Shown: in pieces, positions 8,259 through 18,232 of the stretch
Layout of the letters: every line of letters starts with the position of its first letter
Position numbering within the stretch: position 1 is the first letter of the stretch
Source of the DNA: Candidatus Aminicenantes bacterium
GTDB taxonomy: Bacteria > Acidobacteriota > Aminicenantia > UBA2199
NCBI GenBank assembly: GCA_026393775.1
Contig: JAPKZM010000269.1
Coordinates: 1 to 36,922 of the forward strand
Direction: 5' to 3'
Length of the DNA stretch: 36,922 nt
The notes under the pieces: generated by a model
The model's input: only the letters and a program-made list of their open reading frames with translations
The model's database searches: none
What the model was told of the DNA's origin: nothing
Translations under genes and position numbers: made by a program

Positions 8259-9733
8259 TGGCGCGAACGGTCGGCTAGGTTTTGACCGAAATAGTGGTTC
8301 AGGATCAGGGGGAAGACATGGGTCGGCGCGAGGGCTGCGTCCAGCTGCGCATAAGGGTATCCGGGCAGGTACAGAGCCAGAAAAATATTTCTTTTTTCCA
8401 CTTCGGGAACGACCTGCAAGAACGGTTTGCGAAATGAACCGCGATAGCCATGATCGGATTGGACGACGATGATCGGCGGCGCGGCGGATTTTTTCAGGAT
8501 CATTTCCATGGTTTCGGCCAGCCTGCGGCTGATATAAAGGTACTGCTCCAGATAATACTTGCGCACGGAATAATCGATGGCATGTTCCGCCGGCACGACT
8601 CCACCTTCCTGGTCAAAGACAAAGGGGGCGTGGGGACTGAAGAGATGGACCAGGACGAACTTCGGCCCGGCCAGTTTCACGATCGCCGGCATTTGTTCGA
8701 AGACGTACAAAACCCGCCTGCGGAAGAACAGCGCATATTTGTCATCGTCCTTCTGCCATTTTTCGACCAGCGGGTACAGGATCGACATTTCGGCCAGGGT
8801 CCGGTAAAAATCGTTAAAAAAAACCGAGGCGCGCTCCTGGGCATAGAAATAATGTTGTTGCGAATCGTCCAAGGCGGTCAGGCCTTCATAGGGGAAATCG
8901 ACAATCGAATACCCCTGTTCCTTCAGGAAGCGGCTGACCTTGTTTTGCCTGATCAGAAGGGCCGGATCGGTCTTGGCCGGAAGTTTTCCCATGTTCAAGA
9001 CGGAGGCGATCGCCTCCGGGGTCCAGACGTACAAGCTGCGGCTTCGTTCGGCGATGAAGAAGCCCGCCGCCCGCATCCGTTCCGTGAATGCCGAGTTGTC
9101 ATAATGGAATATATTCGCGATCGTCTCCAGGCTGGCGAACTCATCAATAAAAAAACAATATATGTCGGGTTTCGAGGACGCTGGAGCCGGGAGCCGCATT
9201 TCCTTTTTTTGTAAAAAAGTGCGGGCGTTTTTCACGTTCGCGTTGCGGACATGGTAAAGGAGGATCCCGCCGACGTTCCAGGCCAGCAGCGCCAGCATGA
9301 TGACGGTTAAAATTTTGCCGGTAGCGCTGAACGAGCGTTTTGACCTGAGGATCCAAAAGACAGCGAGTGCCACGCCTGCGCCTATCGCCAGCGCCGGCGG
9401 CAGGGCGGAGAAAGGCTTGCCCAGACGGCCGATGACTTCGGCGAGCGCGTCATGGATCAGCTGGTAATAAAAAAACAACAGCAGAATCAAAAAAATGACC
9501 AGAGCCTTTTTCCCCCTGTTTTTGACGACTGGCTTCAGGCAAAGCCATAAAGCCATGGTCAATGCGAGCGCCAGGGCCATGGGCGGGAGGATCACCCTGA
9601 AAGCGACTTCGCTGATATTTTGCTGGTAAAGAAAAAGGATCGGATAAAGCGAAAAAAGATAAATGTAAACGGAATGACCGCAACCGCATCCTCTCCAGTT
9701 TACCCGCCATTTTTTCATTGTCTCATTTTCCAT
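8255..9733 (-). CDS. Membrane-anchored sulfatase/alkaline-phosphatase-superfamily transferase (LtaS/EptA/OpgB-like)
   Basis: About 5 N-terminal TM helices precede a soluble domain. That domain carries PDIYCFFIDEFAS (metal-binding acidic pair), YVWTPEAIASV (candidate nucleophile Thr) and VVQSDHGYRG (the family DHG motif). An alternative start is MKKW at 9718. Confidence 0.6.
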   Translation of the reverse strand: MENETMKKWRVNWRGCGCGHSVYIYLFSLYPILFLYQQNISEVAFRVILPPMALALALTMALWLCLKPVVKNRGKKALVIFLILLLFFYYQLIHDALAEVIGRLGKPFSALPPALAIGAGVALAVFWILRSKRSFSATGKILTVIMLALLAWNVGGILLYHVRNANVKNARTFLQKKEMRLPAPASSKPDIYCFFIDEFASLETIANIFHYDNSAFTERMRAAGFFIAERSRSLYVWTPEAIASVLNMGKLPAKTDPALLIRQNKVSRFLKEQGYSIVDFPYEGLTALDDSQQHYFYAQERASVFFNDFYRTLAEMSILYPLVEKWQKDDDKYALFFRRRVLYVFEQMPAIVKLAGPKFVLVHLFSPHAPFVFDQEGGVVPAEHAIDYSVRKYYLEQYLYISRRLAETMEMILKKSAAPPIIVVQSDHGYRGSFRKPFLQVVPEVEKRNIFLALYLPGYPYAQLDAALAPTHVFPLILNHYFGQNLADRSRQ

Positions 9734-9778
9734 GCTGGGCAGGCTTAGCGCGCATGTCCGAAGCGCAGCCAGCCCGAC

Positions 9779-11797
9779 CTATTCTATCAGCTCGGATGCA
9801 TCTTTCAAATCCAGCCGCTCCAGGCGTTCACGCAACGCGGGTTGCCCGGGATTCAGGCGCAGCGAGCGCCGATAGAACGACACGGCTTCATCGGCCCGCT
9901 GCAGGTCGAAAAAAAGATTGCCGAGCGAGTTCAGGATGCGGAAATCGTTTTTTCCTTTTTCAACTATGGCCGCGATCATTTTATTCCCCTCCTCTTCGTG
10001 CCCGGAAAGGAACGCCAGTCTGGTTGCATGCAGGTGATCGTCGAATTTAAAGAGGATTCCTTTTGGCCACAGTTTCCAGGCGAAATCGAAGTTTTCATAA
10101 CTCAGAAAATATAAGGACCGCTGCCTTGGTGACATGGACTGAAAGGCGAGTTTTTCTTTTTGGATCAGGACGAGCCAATCGCTGGATTGAGGGCCGGCCA
10201 GCGCCAGCGCAGCTTCCCGGGCTTTTTCCCAGGCGGCGAAAGCCAAATAAAGTTTAATGCCTATCTTTTTGTTTTGCTCGCTGGGCGAAATAGAAGCCAT
10301 TGCCTGAATGGTTGCTTCTGCTTCTGTCAGTTCACCCCTGGCCCAATGGATCCGCAGGAGTTTCATTAGGCGGTAATTGGTCCGTGGAAGATCAAGGGGC
10401 AGGGAACGCACTTTTTCAAGCCAGTCCAGGCTTTCTGCGTAACGAGCTTGGCTGCAGGCAATATCGGCCAACCACAGAGCGATTGTCACGGCGGTGGACT
10501 TTGCCATCTCGAAGGTCAGTGCCCGGCGTAAAAGAATTTCACTGCGGACGAAATCGCCGTTGGCGCGTAGTTGCCCGGCGTATTTGCTCAGGAAAAAACT
10601 GTCATTGGGACAGGAGCTTAGGGCGCTGGCCCAGAAACTCGTTTCGTTGTGATATCTTGGGAGGTTGCCGATGACGGTTGAGGATGAAATAATGAGAAAT
10701 GCGGCCAAAACGAGTTTTTCGAAAAATCGGGGCAGAGAGTGGAGCCAATGGCTCAGAAGCCACACCAGGCCGATGGTAGGGAGCATCAAATAGCGGGTGG
10801 AGATGTTGTATGGATAAGTGGGAGTAAAGGCAAACAGCATGTAACCGACCAGATGGGGGACGCTCCAGATCCATGCCTGTAGATATTGGATTTTTTTACG
10901 TCCCAACCACAAAAGCATCACCATGAGTGAAAGAAAAATAAATCCTAGAATTGAGTTGATTAAGGTTGTAACTGTATTTACGGGCAGGAACATATCATAG
11001 TGAAATGGAAATATAAGTGAACGGAAATAGTAGCCCAGTACTCCAAGTAGGACACGGCAGTTTTGCCAAAGCGAGGGAAAGAAGTGGATGGGGATGCCGC
11101 TGCGGCCAATGACCACTGACTTGACTCCCCAATACAAAGCTGAGACGACCAGGTATGTGGCATGAATGGGATAGTAAAGACGCTTGCGCCGGCTTAGCTC
11201 ATGCAAAAGAAAAACCGGCAGAAAAAAGAGGGCCGCTTCCTTAGAAAAAAGGGCCAGCAGGTAACTTGCGGCCGAAAACATCCCGAGCAGGATGGTTCTC
11301 CTGGTTAGGAAGAGATCGAATAGATAGAGGGCCAGCAGTCCGAAGAAAAGCATCAGCAAGTCGTTGCGGCCGACGACCCAGGAGATACTGTCCAGGTTGA
11401 GTGGGAAAAGGGCGAAGAGCAAGACTGCCGTCTCGGCAATTCCATTGACTGCGGTTTGCCGGCTGAGAAAAAAGTACATCATGATCAAACTGGCAATAAA
11501 GATGAGCAGGTTCACCAGGTGCAAGTGGAAGGAGTCCAATCCCCAAATGGCTTTTTCTATCATGAAGGAAAGGACCGTCAGCGGCCGGTAATAATCGTAG
11601 CCGGAACCTCTTTGGCTGGTCGAAGCCCAATAGCCGCTGCGAAAAGGGGCAAGCAAGGAAAATTCACCTTGCAGTATGTCGTTTTCCAAAATCATGGGTT
11701 TGTCATCCCAGATCAACTCGTGCTTAATGGAGGGGAGATAAACCAGTAAAGGCAGCAGGACCAGTAAACAGAGAAAAAGGATCTTTTTATGCATCAT
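9779..11797 (-). CDS. TMTC-like GT-C glycosyltransferase (PMT_2/DUF1736-type membrane domain) fused to C-terminal TPR repeats
   Basis: 672 aa. The N-terminal loop reads ELIWDDKPMILENDIL...YDYYRPLTVLSF, the DD and YYRPL motifs I associate with TMTC/PMT_2 proteins. About 10 TM helices follow. The C-terminal ~250 aa holds TPR-like repeats (e.g. ADEAVSFYRRSLRLNPGQPALRERL). Confidence 0.65.
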   Translation of the reverse strand: MMHKKILFLCLLVLLPLLVYLPSIKHELIWDDKPMILENDILQGEFSLLAPFRSGYWASTSQRGSGYDYYRPLTVLSFMIEKAIWGLDSFHLHLVNLLIFIASLIMMYFFLSRQTAVNGIAETAVLLFALFPLNLDSISWVVGRNDLLMLFFGLLALYLFDLFLTRRTILLGMFSAASYLLALFSKEAALFFLPVFLLHELSRRKRLYYPIHATYLVVSALYWGVKSVVIGRSGIPIHFFPSLWQNCRVLLGVLGYYFRSLIFPFHYDMFLPVNTVTTLINSILGFIFLSLMVMLLWLGRKKIQYLQAWIWSVPHLVGYMLFAFTPTYPYNISTRYLMLPTIGLVWLLSHWLHSLPRFFEKLVLAAFLIISSSTVIGNLPRYHNETSFWASALSSCPNDSFFLSKYAGQLRANGDFVRSEILLRRALTFEMAKSTAVTIALWLADIACSQARYAESLDWLEKVRSLPLDLPRTNYRLMKLLRIHWARGELTEAEATIQAMASISPSEQNKKIGIKLYLAFAAWEKAREAALALAGPQSSDWLVLIQKEKLAFQSMSPRQRSLYFLSYENFDFAWKLWPKGILFKFDDHLHATRLAFLSGHEEEGNKMIAAIVEKGKNDFRILNSLGNLFFDLQRADEAVSFYRRSLRLNPGQPALRERLERLDLKDASELIE

Positions 11798-13079
11798 CGC
11801 CTGGAAACGGACATACGTGGCGCGGGGAATCGGTTTGTGGCTTGGCGGCTGGCTTGGCCAATGAGTCGAGCATGTCGTTGAACCGTGTCATCTGCCTTGG
11901 CCAGGAATACGCGCCGATGTTTTCCTGGTTACGCTGCGGAGAACGATAAAATATGGGATCAAAAAGGATCCGCTCCATGAGACAGGCGATCGCCAGTTCA
12001 TCCAGCGGCGGAACGCACCAACCGCATCCGCAGTCTTCGACGATCCGCCGCACGTGGGCATCATCGGTGAGCGCCAGAACGGGTTTTCCGGAATATAGGT
12101 ATTCAAACAGCTTCAAAGGGATACCGCTGCGCACGCCCGGACGGGTGATGAGCAAGAGCAGGTCGGCGGCCTTCTGGTAGGCCAGAGTTTCCCGACGATC
12201 CTTGAGCGGATGGATCACCACCACGCCGGTAAGGATCAAATTCTCCAACAAAGACATTTCGCGGCGCGAATACTCTCCGATCAGGTGGAGACGAAAAGGC
12301 CTGTTGGGATTATTTCGGCCAGCCTGGCGCAAGGCGGCGAGAAAAGGATCGATAGTAGTGGCGCTGTCCGAGAGGGCGAACCTCCCGGTGTGCACAATAT
12401 GAAAACAACCTTGAGCCAATGATGGTTTGGGCAAATCATGCCATTCGTCTTCATCGTAGCCGTTGTAAACCGTTTCGCAGCGACAACCTGGATAAACGCG
12501 GCTGAAATAATCCTGCAAGACTGGAGTCACAGCCACGACCAGTTGCGAACTGGCGACGACCGCCGCCTCGGTCTCCTTGTATCTTTCATTCACACAATGA
12601 TGGGAATGCAACCGTTTTTCTTCTATGGGGTGGAATAGCAAACCGTCACGGAAATCACTGATCAGGGGGACGTGAAAGCGGCGCGATAATTCCAGGCCGA
12701 TTTCCAGCACTTCCTGCGGCGGATAAGTAACTAGGATCAGGTCAGGGAGGCAAGCCTGGCGGATTTCCTCGGCCCGGCGCAATACGGCCCGGCGCCAGGG
12801 GGAAAAAATCGAGGCATAGTGGCCGCAGTAATTCTGAAGCTCCGCCCATGCCCGCCAGAATAGCCAACAGATCAATTTCTTACCCTGATGGGCGCGTACA
12901 AAGGCCGGGTCATGGACACGGATAATTTCAGGGCTGGTGTCGGCCATCTCCTCATAGCCATGGGTAAGGATGGAAACGGTATGGCCGCAGCGCCTTAACC
13001 ATTGGGCCATCTGTAGCGGGCGCATTGCACCGGCGTTGTTGAGCGGAGGAAAATAGTAAGCGACCAGCAGGATGTTCAT
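11787..13079 (-). CDS. GT-B glycosyltransferase (family 4-like)
   Basis: The N-terminus MNILLVAYYFPPLNNAGAMRPLQMAQWLRRCGHTVSILT is typical of Glyco_trans_4. The C-terminal half has the GT-B motif ...LKLFEYLYSGKPVLAL. Confidence 0.8.
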   Translation of the reverse strand: MNILLVAYYFPPLNNAGAMRPLQMAQWLRRCGHTVSILTHGYEEMADTSPEIIRVHDPAFVRAHQGKKLICWLFWRAWAELQNYCGHYASIFSPWRRAVLRRAEEIRQACLPDLILVTYPPQEVLEIGLELSRRFHVPLISDFRDGLLFHPIEEKRLHSHHCVNERYKETEAAVVASSQLVVAVTPVLQDYFSRVYPGCRCETVYNGYDEDEWHDLPKPSLAQGCFHIVHTGRFALSDSATTIDPFLAALRQAGRNNPNRPFRLHLIGEYSRREMSLLENLILTGVVVIHPLKDRRETLAYQKAADLLLLITRPGVRSGIPLKLFEYLYSGKPVLALTDDAHVRRIVEDCGCGWCVPPLDELAIACLMERILFDPIFYRSPQRNQENIGAYSWPRQMTRFNDMLDSLAKPAAKPQTDSPRHVCPFPGDDA

Positions 13080-13081
13080 GG

Positions 13082-14350
13082 CTAGACTTTCCCGAGCACC
13101 CGCTGGAACAAGTCATGAAATCGTCGCCCGATCTCGCGGGGTGCGAAACGCTCGGTGACTATCCGGCGGCCGAGCGCTCCATCGAATGTGGGCAAGCGGT
13201 CAACCATTTTTTCCAAGGCTGACCCCAGAGCATTTTCATCTCCGAAGGGCACCAGGATGCCCGATCCCTCCGGCAGGTACTCAGCCACCGCTGTCGGCGT
13301 GGAAACCACGGCCAAGCCACTTGCCAGGGCTTCGGCGGCCACGCAGGAAAAGGTTTCGATTTCACTGAATACAACGAGGATGTCCCCCTGGCGCATGGCT
13401 GCCGCTACCTCCTTTTCGGGAAGCGGGTCCTTAAAAAAGACTACGCGGTTGAGCAACCCCAGGAACCGGGCTTGCTCCTCGCATTCCTCGCGGGTCGGTC
13501 CGTCTCCGATCACCAGCAGGTGAATGTCGGGACGGTGCCGGGCCAATATGCCCATGACGCGTATGATACCGGCAATATTCTTTGATTTCTTTTGGAAGGA
13601 AACATGCAGGATGGAGAAAACATTCCGGGAGGTATTTTTTTTCTCTGGAAAAAAAATTTCCGGGTCGATGACATTTCCGATAACCCGCCAAAGAGGCGCC
13701 CTCAAACCGTGAGCGCGCATGCCTTGGGCCAGCATTTCAGAGACCGTGGTCACGGCGGCGCAATGCGCGCTGAAACGCCTGATAAACCAAGTTCGCAGGC
13801 GATTTCCCCTACCGGGAGGTAGCAGATATTGGGTCCAGTGCTCACTGAAGACCAGCGGCATCCGGCGCCAAAAAAATCGCAAGAAAAGGATCAGCCCGAT
13901 CGGCGGCGTAACCTGAACCTGGATCAGATCGGGTTTTTGGAACGATAGCGGTAGAGCGCGGCGGCCAGCCGATGCGGCGGCCATGAAACGCAGGGTGTTG
14001 GATAGGGCTTGCCAGGGGGAAGGCGGAGCCGGCCGGAAGTAGACACGCACGGTAGGCAGGCCGTTTTCGACCTCATAGACAATCTCGCGCTGCGTTTTCA
14101 AGGACGGATCCGGGGTAACAAAGAGGACCGCTGTGGGGCAGAACGCAGCAATTGCGGCCGTCTGGCGGTTGACGAAGAGGCCGCCGAGAGGGGCGTTCCG
14201 GTTCGGGTACCACCAGCTTGGCCAAACGAGTACCCGTGGGCCGGGCGCCGACCCGGTGTCCATGTTTTCTTGCTCAAACACGCAGCTACCTCCAACCTGG
14301 GGAAAGCGATTCTCTATTATTGCAGGGCCGGGGAGTGAATACAATCCCAC
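13082..14350 (-). CDS. GT-B glycosyltransferase (family 4)
   Basis: Has the EX7E-type motif FSEIETFSCVAAEALASGLAVVSTPT. An alternative start is MDTGS at 14263. Confidence 0.8.
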   Translation of the reverse strand: MGLYSLPGPAIIENRFPQVGGSCVFEQENMDTGSAPGPRVLVWPSWWYPNRNAPLGGLFVNRQTAAIAAFCPTAVLFVTPDPSLKTQREIVYEVENGLPTVRVYFRPAPPSPWQALSNTLRFMAAASAGRRALPLSFQKPDLIQVQVTPPIGLILFLRFFWRRMPLVFSEHWTQYLLPPGRGNRLRTWFIRRFSAHCAAVTTVSEMLAQGMRAHGLRAPLWRVIGNVIDPEIFFPEKKNTSRNVFSILHVSFQKKSKNIAGIIRVMGILARHRPDIHLLVIGDGPTREECEEQARFLGLLNRVVFFKDPLPEKEVAAAMRQGDILVVFSEIETFSCVAAEALASGLAVVSTPTAVAEYLPEGSGILVPFGDENALGSALEKMVDRLPTFDGALGRRIVTERFAPREIGRRFHDLFQRVLGKV

Positions 14351-14353
14351 TAC

Positions 14354-15532
14354 TCAGCGTGATCCCAGCAGAGATGCCAGGAGGGGGAGGATCTTCTGTG
14401 CTTGTTGGCGCCGGGAATAGGGCTCGGGGTCCAGGTCGGGAGCAAGACAGCCAGGCCGCATGCGGATGACGTTGCGAAGCGCGGCAGCCGCCTCAGCGGT
14501 TGTCGACACCTGATAGGCATAGCGGAAAGGCTTCAGCAGCCGGGCCAGGGCGTCATCCGTTTGGCAGATGGCCAGGATCGGCCTGTTCATGCGGATGGCG
14601 TCATAGACTTTGGTGCCGACCATAAGGGAAGAGCGGTGGTTGACGACCATGATATCCATGGAGGTTAAAAAAGCGATGCCAGCCTCGTAATCACTATAAC
14701 CGTGAAAGTGGAGATCGTTCGCGAGGCCGTGGCGGGCGGCGGCCTCGGAGAGGGCTTTCTCTTCTCCAGCAACACCCAAGTGGTGGATCTCTATGGAGAA
14801 CTCCCCGGTCAGTTCCGCGACCGCAGCTAGAAGGAGCAACGGATGATCGGGATGGTACGGGGAAAACTTTCCCCAGATGCCCAGGCGCAGGACCGCGCCC
14901 AGGGGCGAGGGCGGGGCAGGCGAGCCGGGGCTTCCCTCGAAACCATTTTCCAGCACTTGGAAGCGCTCCGGCGGCAGGTCGGGGAAGGCAGCACGGCGCA
15001 GGGTCGCCATCTCCGGGGTGACATCGGTGATGACCTGGGCATTGCGGACGGCACTTTGCTCCAGGTGACGGACCAGGGGAGCGCTGAAACGCAGGGATAC
15101 ATGAGACCCCAGGTCCCAGGCATCGCGAAAATCAAGCCAGTAAGGTACATGGAAGCGTTTCCCCAGGCCGGGGGCCAGGGTAAAAGAGAAAAAAGGGCCG
15201 CCGCTAAAGACAAGCAATCGTGGATGCTCCTGCTGGATGAGATGCTCCAAGGATCGCCGGAAAGGGCGCTGCCAGGTAAGCCATTCCTCGATGAAGGGCA
15301 AGCGCGGGATCGGCGGCGGCCGCCAGGAAGGCGCGGGCACGGTGTGAACGGTTATTTTTTCAAGCCCGGCTGAAAAAGGCACCGCGGCTTCCCGAACGCT
15401 CAACGGGGAAGTGACCACGGCCACGGTATAGCCGTTTTCAGCAAAGAAGCGACTCAGGAAACCCCAGCGCTTGGACCCGACCCCCGGGTAGGGAGGGAAG
15501 TAGAAGGAGACCAGGAGAAGATCAACGGCCAT
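14354..15532 (-). CDS. GT-B glycosyltransferase-like protein
   Basis: The N-terminus MAVDLLLVSFYFPPYPGVGSKRWGFLSRFFAENGYTVAVVT resembles Glyco_trans_4. The C-terminal half is a Rossmann-like GT-B domain. Confidence 0.7.
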   Translation of the reverse strand: MAVDLLLVSFYFPPYPGVGSKRWGFLSRFFAENGYTVAVVTSPLSVREAAVPFSAGLEKITVHTVPAPSWRPPPIPRLPFIEEWLTWQRPFRRSLEHLIQQEHPRLLVFSGGPFFSFTLAPGLGKRFHVPYWLDFRDAWDLGSHVSLRFSAPLVRHLEQSAVRNAQVITDVTPEMATLRRAAFPDLPPERFQVLENGFEGSPGSPAPPSPLGAVLRLGIWGKFSPYHPDHPLLLLAAVAELTGEFSIEIHHLGVAGEEKALSEAAARHGLANDLHFHGYSDYEAGIAFLTSMDIMVVNHRSSLMVGTKVYDAIRMNRPILAICQTDDALARLLKPFRYAYQVSTTAEAAAALRNVIRMRPGCLAPDLDPEPYSRRQQAQKILPLLASLLGSR

Positions 15533-16724
15533 GGGAATGTGCGTTGGATCTCTCGATCAATTCGGCGTAGCGGCCTTCCAGCCGCCGGATCTCCCGGTCC
15601 GCATCGTGATGCGCTTCCATGTGGCGGCGGCCGGCAATGCCCATCGCCGCCCACGATTCCTGGTTCTTGAGCAAGCGGGCCGTGTTTTCAGCCAAACCCG
15701 CGATATCGCCCTCCGCACTGAGCATGGCGCTTCCTCCAGGCACGACGACATAGGGAATGTCGGCGTGGCGGGTGGCCAGGACCGGTAGGCCCAATGCCTG
15801 CGCTTCAAGAATGGTGGTCGGTGCGCCGCCCTCGCTGTCGCCGTCGGCGGCGGTCATGCTCGGATGGATAAAGAGATCGGCGTGAGCCATCTGCTCCAGG
15901 TAGGCGGAGTAATCGAGGAAACCCATCATGCGGATGAATGATTTCATGGCGTGGAGCTGGATGAAGTCCTCGATCTCCTGCCGTTGCGGCCCGTCGCCGA
16001 TGATGCGGAATTCAAAAAAAGGACAGGCCGAGCGGATGGCGTTCAAGGCCGCCAGCGCGACCAGCAGCCCTTTCTTTTCAATCAAGCGGCCGCTGAAGAT
16101 GATGGTGACGGCTTCGCCTTTCGCTTTGGGACGGCGCGGACGGAAGGACAGAGCGGCCAGCGGAATGGCGATAGGCTGGATCTCGATCTTCTCCGTGGGA
16201 CAGCCGATCCCGGCCAGGCGCTCTTTCATGTGCGGTCCTTCGACTAAAAAGAGGTCGCCTTCCTCGAAAAGCGACGGATATCCTTCCGCGCAGGAAGCCA
16301 GGGAAGTGGCCCTTGACATGTCGTGGCCGTAAAAAGTGGTCACCAGGGGGAGGCGGAGGGCCCGCTTCAGGCGCAGCGCCCAGATGCCGTTGCGGCCGAA
16401 ATGGGCATGCAGCAATACAGCCCGGCGTTGTTTTAAAAACCTCTCTGCTCCGAGTTCCCGGTCTAGCAGGCGGCGGCCGATCCCCTGCCGGAGCCAGCGC
16501 CAGCTCCCGACCGGCACGGACATGGAAAAACGATCGGCCTGGGGGAGCGGGAAGTGCTCCAGGTTGCGGTATTTCCAGGAGACAAGGACGGGATGAAAAC
16601 GGCGCATATGGGTGATGATGTTGTAGATGAAGGTCTCCGACCTGGGCAGAAAGAAGTGGTGAACGTGGGCCACGGCATCGCCGGCCGCGGCTGCCGGTTT
16701 GTTTATTGCAGGGTTCAGGATCAT
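15522..16724 (-). CDS. GT-B glycosyltransferase (family 4)
   Basis: The C-terminal motif is DSEGGAPTTILEAQALGLPVLATRHADIPYVV, and the layout is a typical two-domain GT-B. ATGA overlap with the flippase stop. Confidence 0.8.
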   Translation of the reverse strand: MILNPAINKPAAAAGDAVAHVHHFFLPRSETFIYNIITHMRRFHPVLVSWKYRNLEHFPLPQADRFSMSVPVGSWRWLRQGIGRRLLDRELGAERFLKQRRAVLLHAHFGRNGIWALRLKRALRLPLVTTFYGHDMSRATSLASCAEGYPSLFEEGDLFLVEGPHMKERLAGIGCPTEKIEIQPIAIPLAALSFRPRRPKAKGEAVTIIFSGRLIEKKGLLVALAALNAIRSACPFFEFRIIGDGPQRQEIEDFIQLHAMKSFIRMMGFLDYSAYLEQMAHADLFIHPSMTAADGDSEGGAPTTILEAQALGLPVLATRHADIPYVVVPGGSAMLSAEGDIAGLAENTARLLKNQESWAAMGIAGRRHMEAHHDADREIRRLEGRYAELIERSNAHSHGR

Positions 16725-18232
16725 GGCGTCACGTTTTCATCCAGCCGGCGCCTGGCCTGCCATTGTTCACGCAGTATTCGGCGCAGGTCCTGGTAAGCAA
16801 CCAGGCGGGAAAAATGGATCAGCACGAGATAAACCATTATTCCCGCTCCCACCAGGGCAAGGAGGGAAATCCAACCGGGCCTCAGGAAAATATATCGCTG
16901 CAAGGCCATGACGGCAGCGCCCATGCCGGCGCTGCAGGCAAAAATGCCGGCCAGGTTGGAGACCATGCGGGCGAAAGTCAGCCCGATGATCCTGCCGGCG
17001 ATACGCCAGGAAGGATACCACAGGAGCAGGAACCCGCTGGCGGCGTAGGCGGTGGCCACGCCCTTCACCCCCCAGCGCAAGCCGATGATGAAGGCAGCTG
17101 CATAGACGACCCCGGCCGCCGCGCCGATACGAAGCATGGTGTCGGTGCGCCCCCGTGCCGTGTAGATCCATCCCAGGGTGGTCCCGACCGACTGCAGCAG
17201 GCCTACGATGGCCAGGATGCGCAGGATGGCGGCGGCATCCTTCCAAGGGGGGCCGAAGACGGTCACAATGAAAAGGTCGGCCAGCACGGCCATGCCGATC
17301 ATGAGCGGGAACGTGACCAAGGCGATCAGGCGCGCAGCGCGCAGGTAGATGGCGCGCAGGCGTTCGGTCTGGTCCTGAATGGAGGCCATGGCGGAGAACA
17401 TCACCCGCGAGACCGTGCTGCTCACCTGGCTGATCGGGTAGAGCATCAGGTTGTAAGCCCGGGAATAGATGCCCAGGGCGGCCGGCCCGATGAATTTCCC
17501 GACCAACAGGTTGTCCAGGTTGCGAATCCAGTAATTCAAGAGATTGAATCCCGTCAGCGATGAGCTGAAACTGCGAAGTTCCCGCCAAGCCGACAGGTCA
17601 AACGCGAGTGAAAGCTGCCAGCGGCTCAACCGCCAGCTCAGAACCGCAATGAGCAGGGCGGTTAATAGGGACTGGACCACCAGGCTCCAGATGCCCCAGC
17701 CGTTCAAGGCCAGCAGGATGGCGACCGCCCCCGAAAAAAACACTGCGACGGTTTCTATCTTGGCGATTTTCCGGAAGGCCATGTTTTTTTGCAGCAGGGC
17801 CATCGGCACTCCCAAAAACGCGGTCAAAATAAAAGTCGGAGCGATACCCAGGCACAGCGGGGCCAAACGGGGATTCTTGTAGAAGCCGGCGATCAACGGA
17901 GCGGCGGCGACCAGTAACAGGGCCAGGGTGATGCCGACAAACAGCTGCAGGCAGAACACAGTGGCCTCATGCCGTTTCCCGGCGTCCTGTTTCTGGATCA
18001 AGGCGGCACTTAGCCCCAGGTCGCTGAAAGAGGCGGCGAAGCCGGTGAAGACGAGGACCATCGCCAGCGTTCCAAAATCACCCGGAACCAGAAGCCTGGC
18101 CAGCACGATCGATACGCCGACCTGCAACACCTGGCGCAGCACTTGCGACAGCCCGCTCCAGCCCAGACCGTGAAGGGTGCGTTGCAGCAGGGAATCAGCG
18201 CTGTTGCTTTTCTGGTTCTCTTGGCTACTCAT
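16721..18232 (-). CDS. wzx: Wzx-like oligosaccharide flippase (MOP/polysaccharide biosynthesis protein family)
   Basis: About 12-14 TM helices. The N-terminus ...LLQRTLHGLGWSGLSQVLRQVLQVGVSIVLARLLVPGDFG is typical of this family. The ORF extends to 18301, but the ATG at 18232 forms an ATGA overlap with the upstream stop and removes a non-hydrophobic, Arg-rich extension. Confidence 0.8.
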   Translation of the reverse strand: MSSQENQKSNSADSLLQRTLHGLGWSGLSQVLRQVLQVGVSIVLARLLVPGDFGTLAMVLVFTGFAASFSDLGLSAALIQKQDAGKRHEATVFCLQLFVGITLALLLVAAAPLIAGFYKNPRLAPLCLGIAPTFILTAFLGVPMALLQKNMAFRKIAKIETVAVFFSGAVAILLALNGWGIWSLVVQSLLTALLIAVLSWRLSRWQLSLAFDLSAWRELRSFSSSLTGFNLLNYWIRNLDNLLVGKFIGPAALGIYSRAYNLMLYPISQVSSTVSRVMFSAMASIQDQTERLRAIYLRAARLIALVTFPLMIGMAVLADLFIVTVFGPPWKDAAAILRILAIVGLLQSVGTTLGWIYTARGRTDTMLRIGAAAGVVYAAAFIIGLRWGVKGVATAYAASGFLLLWYPSWRIAGRIIGLTFARMVSNLAGIFACSAGMGAAVMALQRYIFLRPGWISLLALVGAGIMVYLVLIHFSRLVAYQDLRRILREQWQARRRLDENVTP

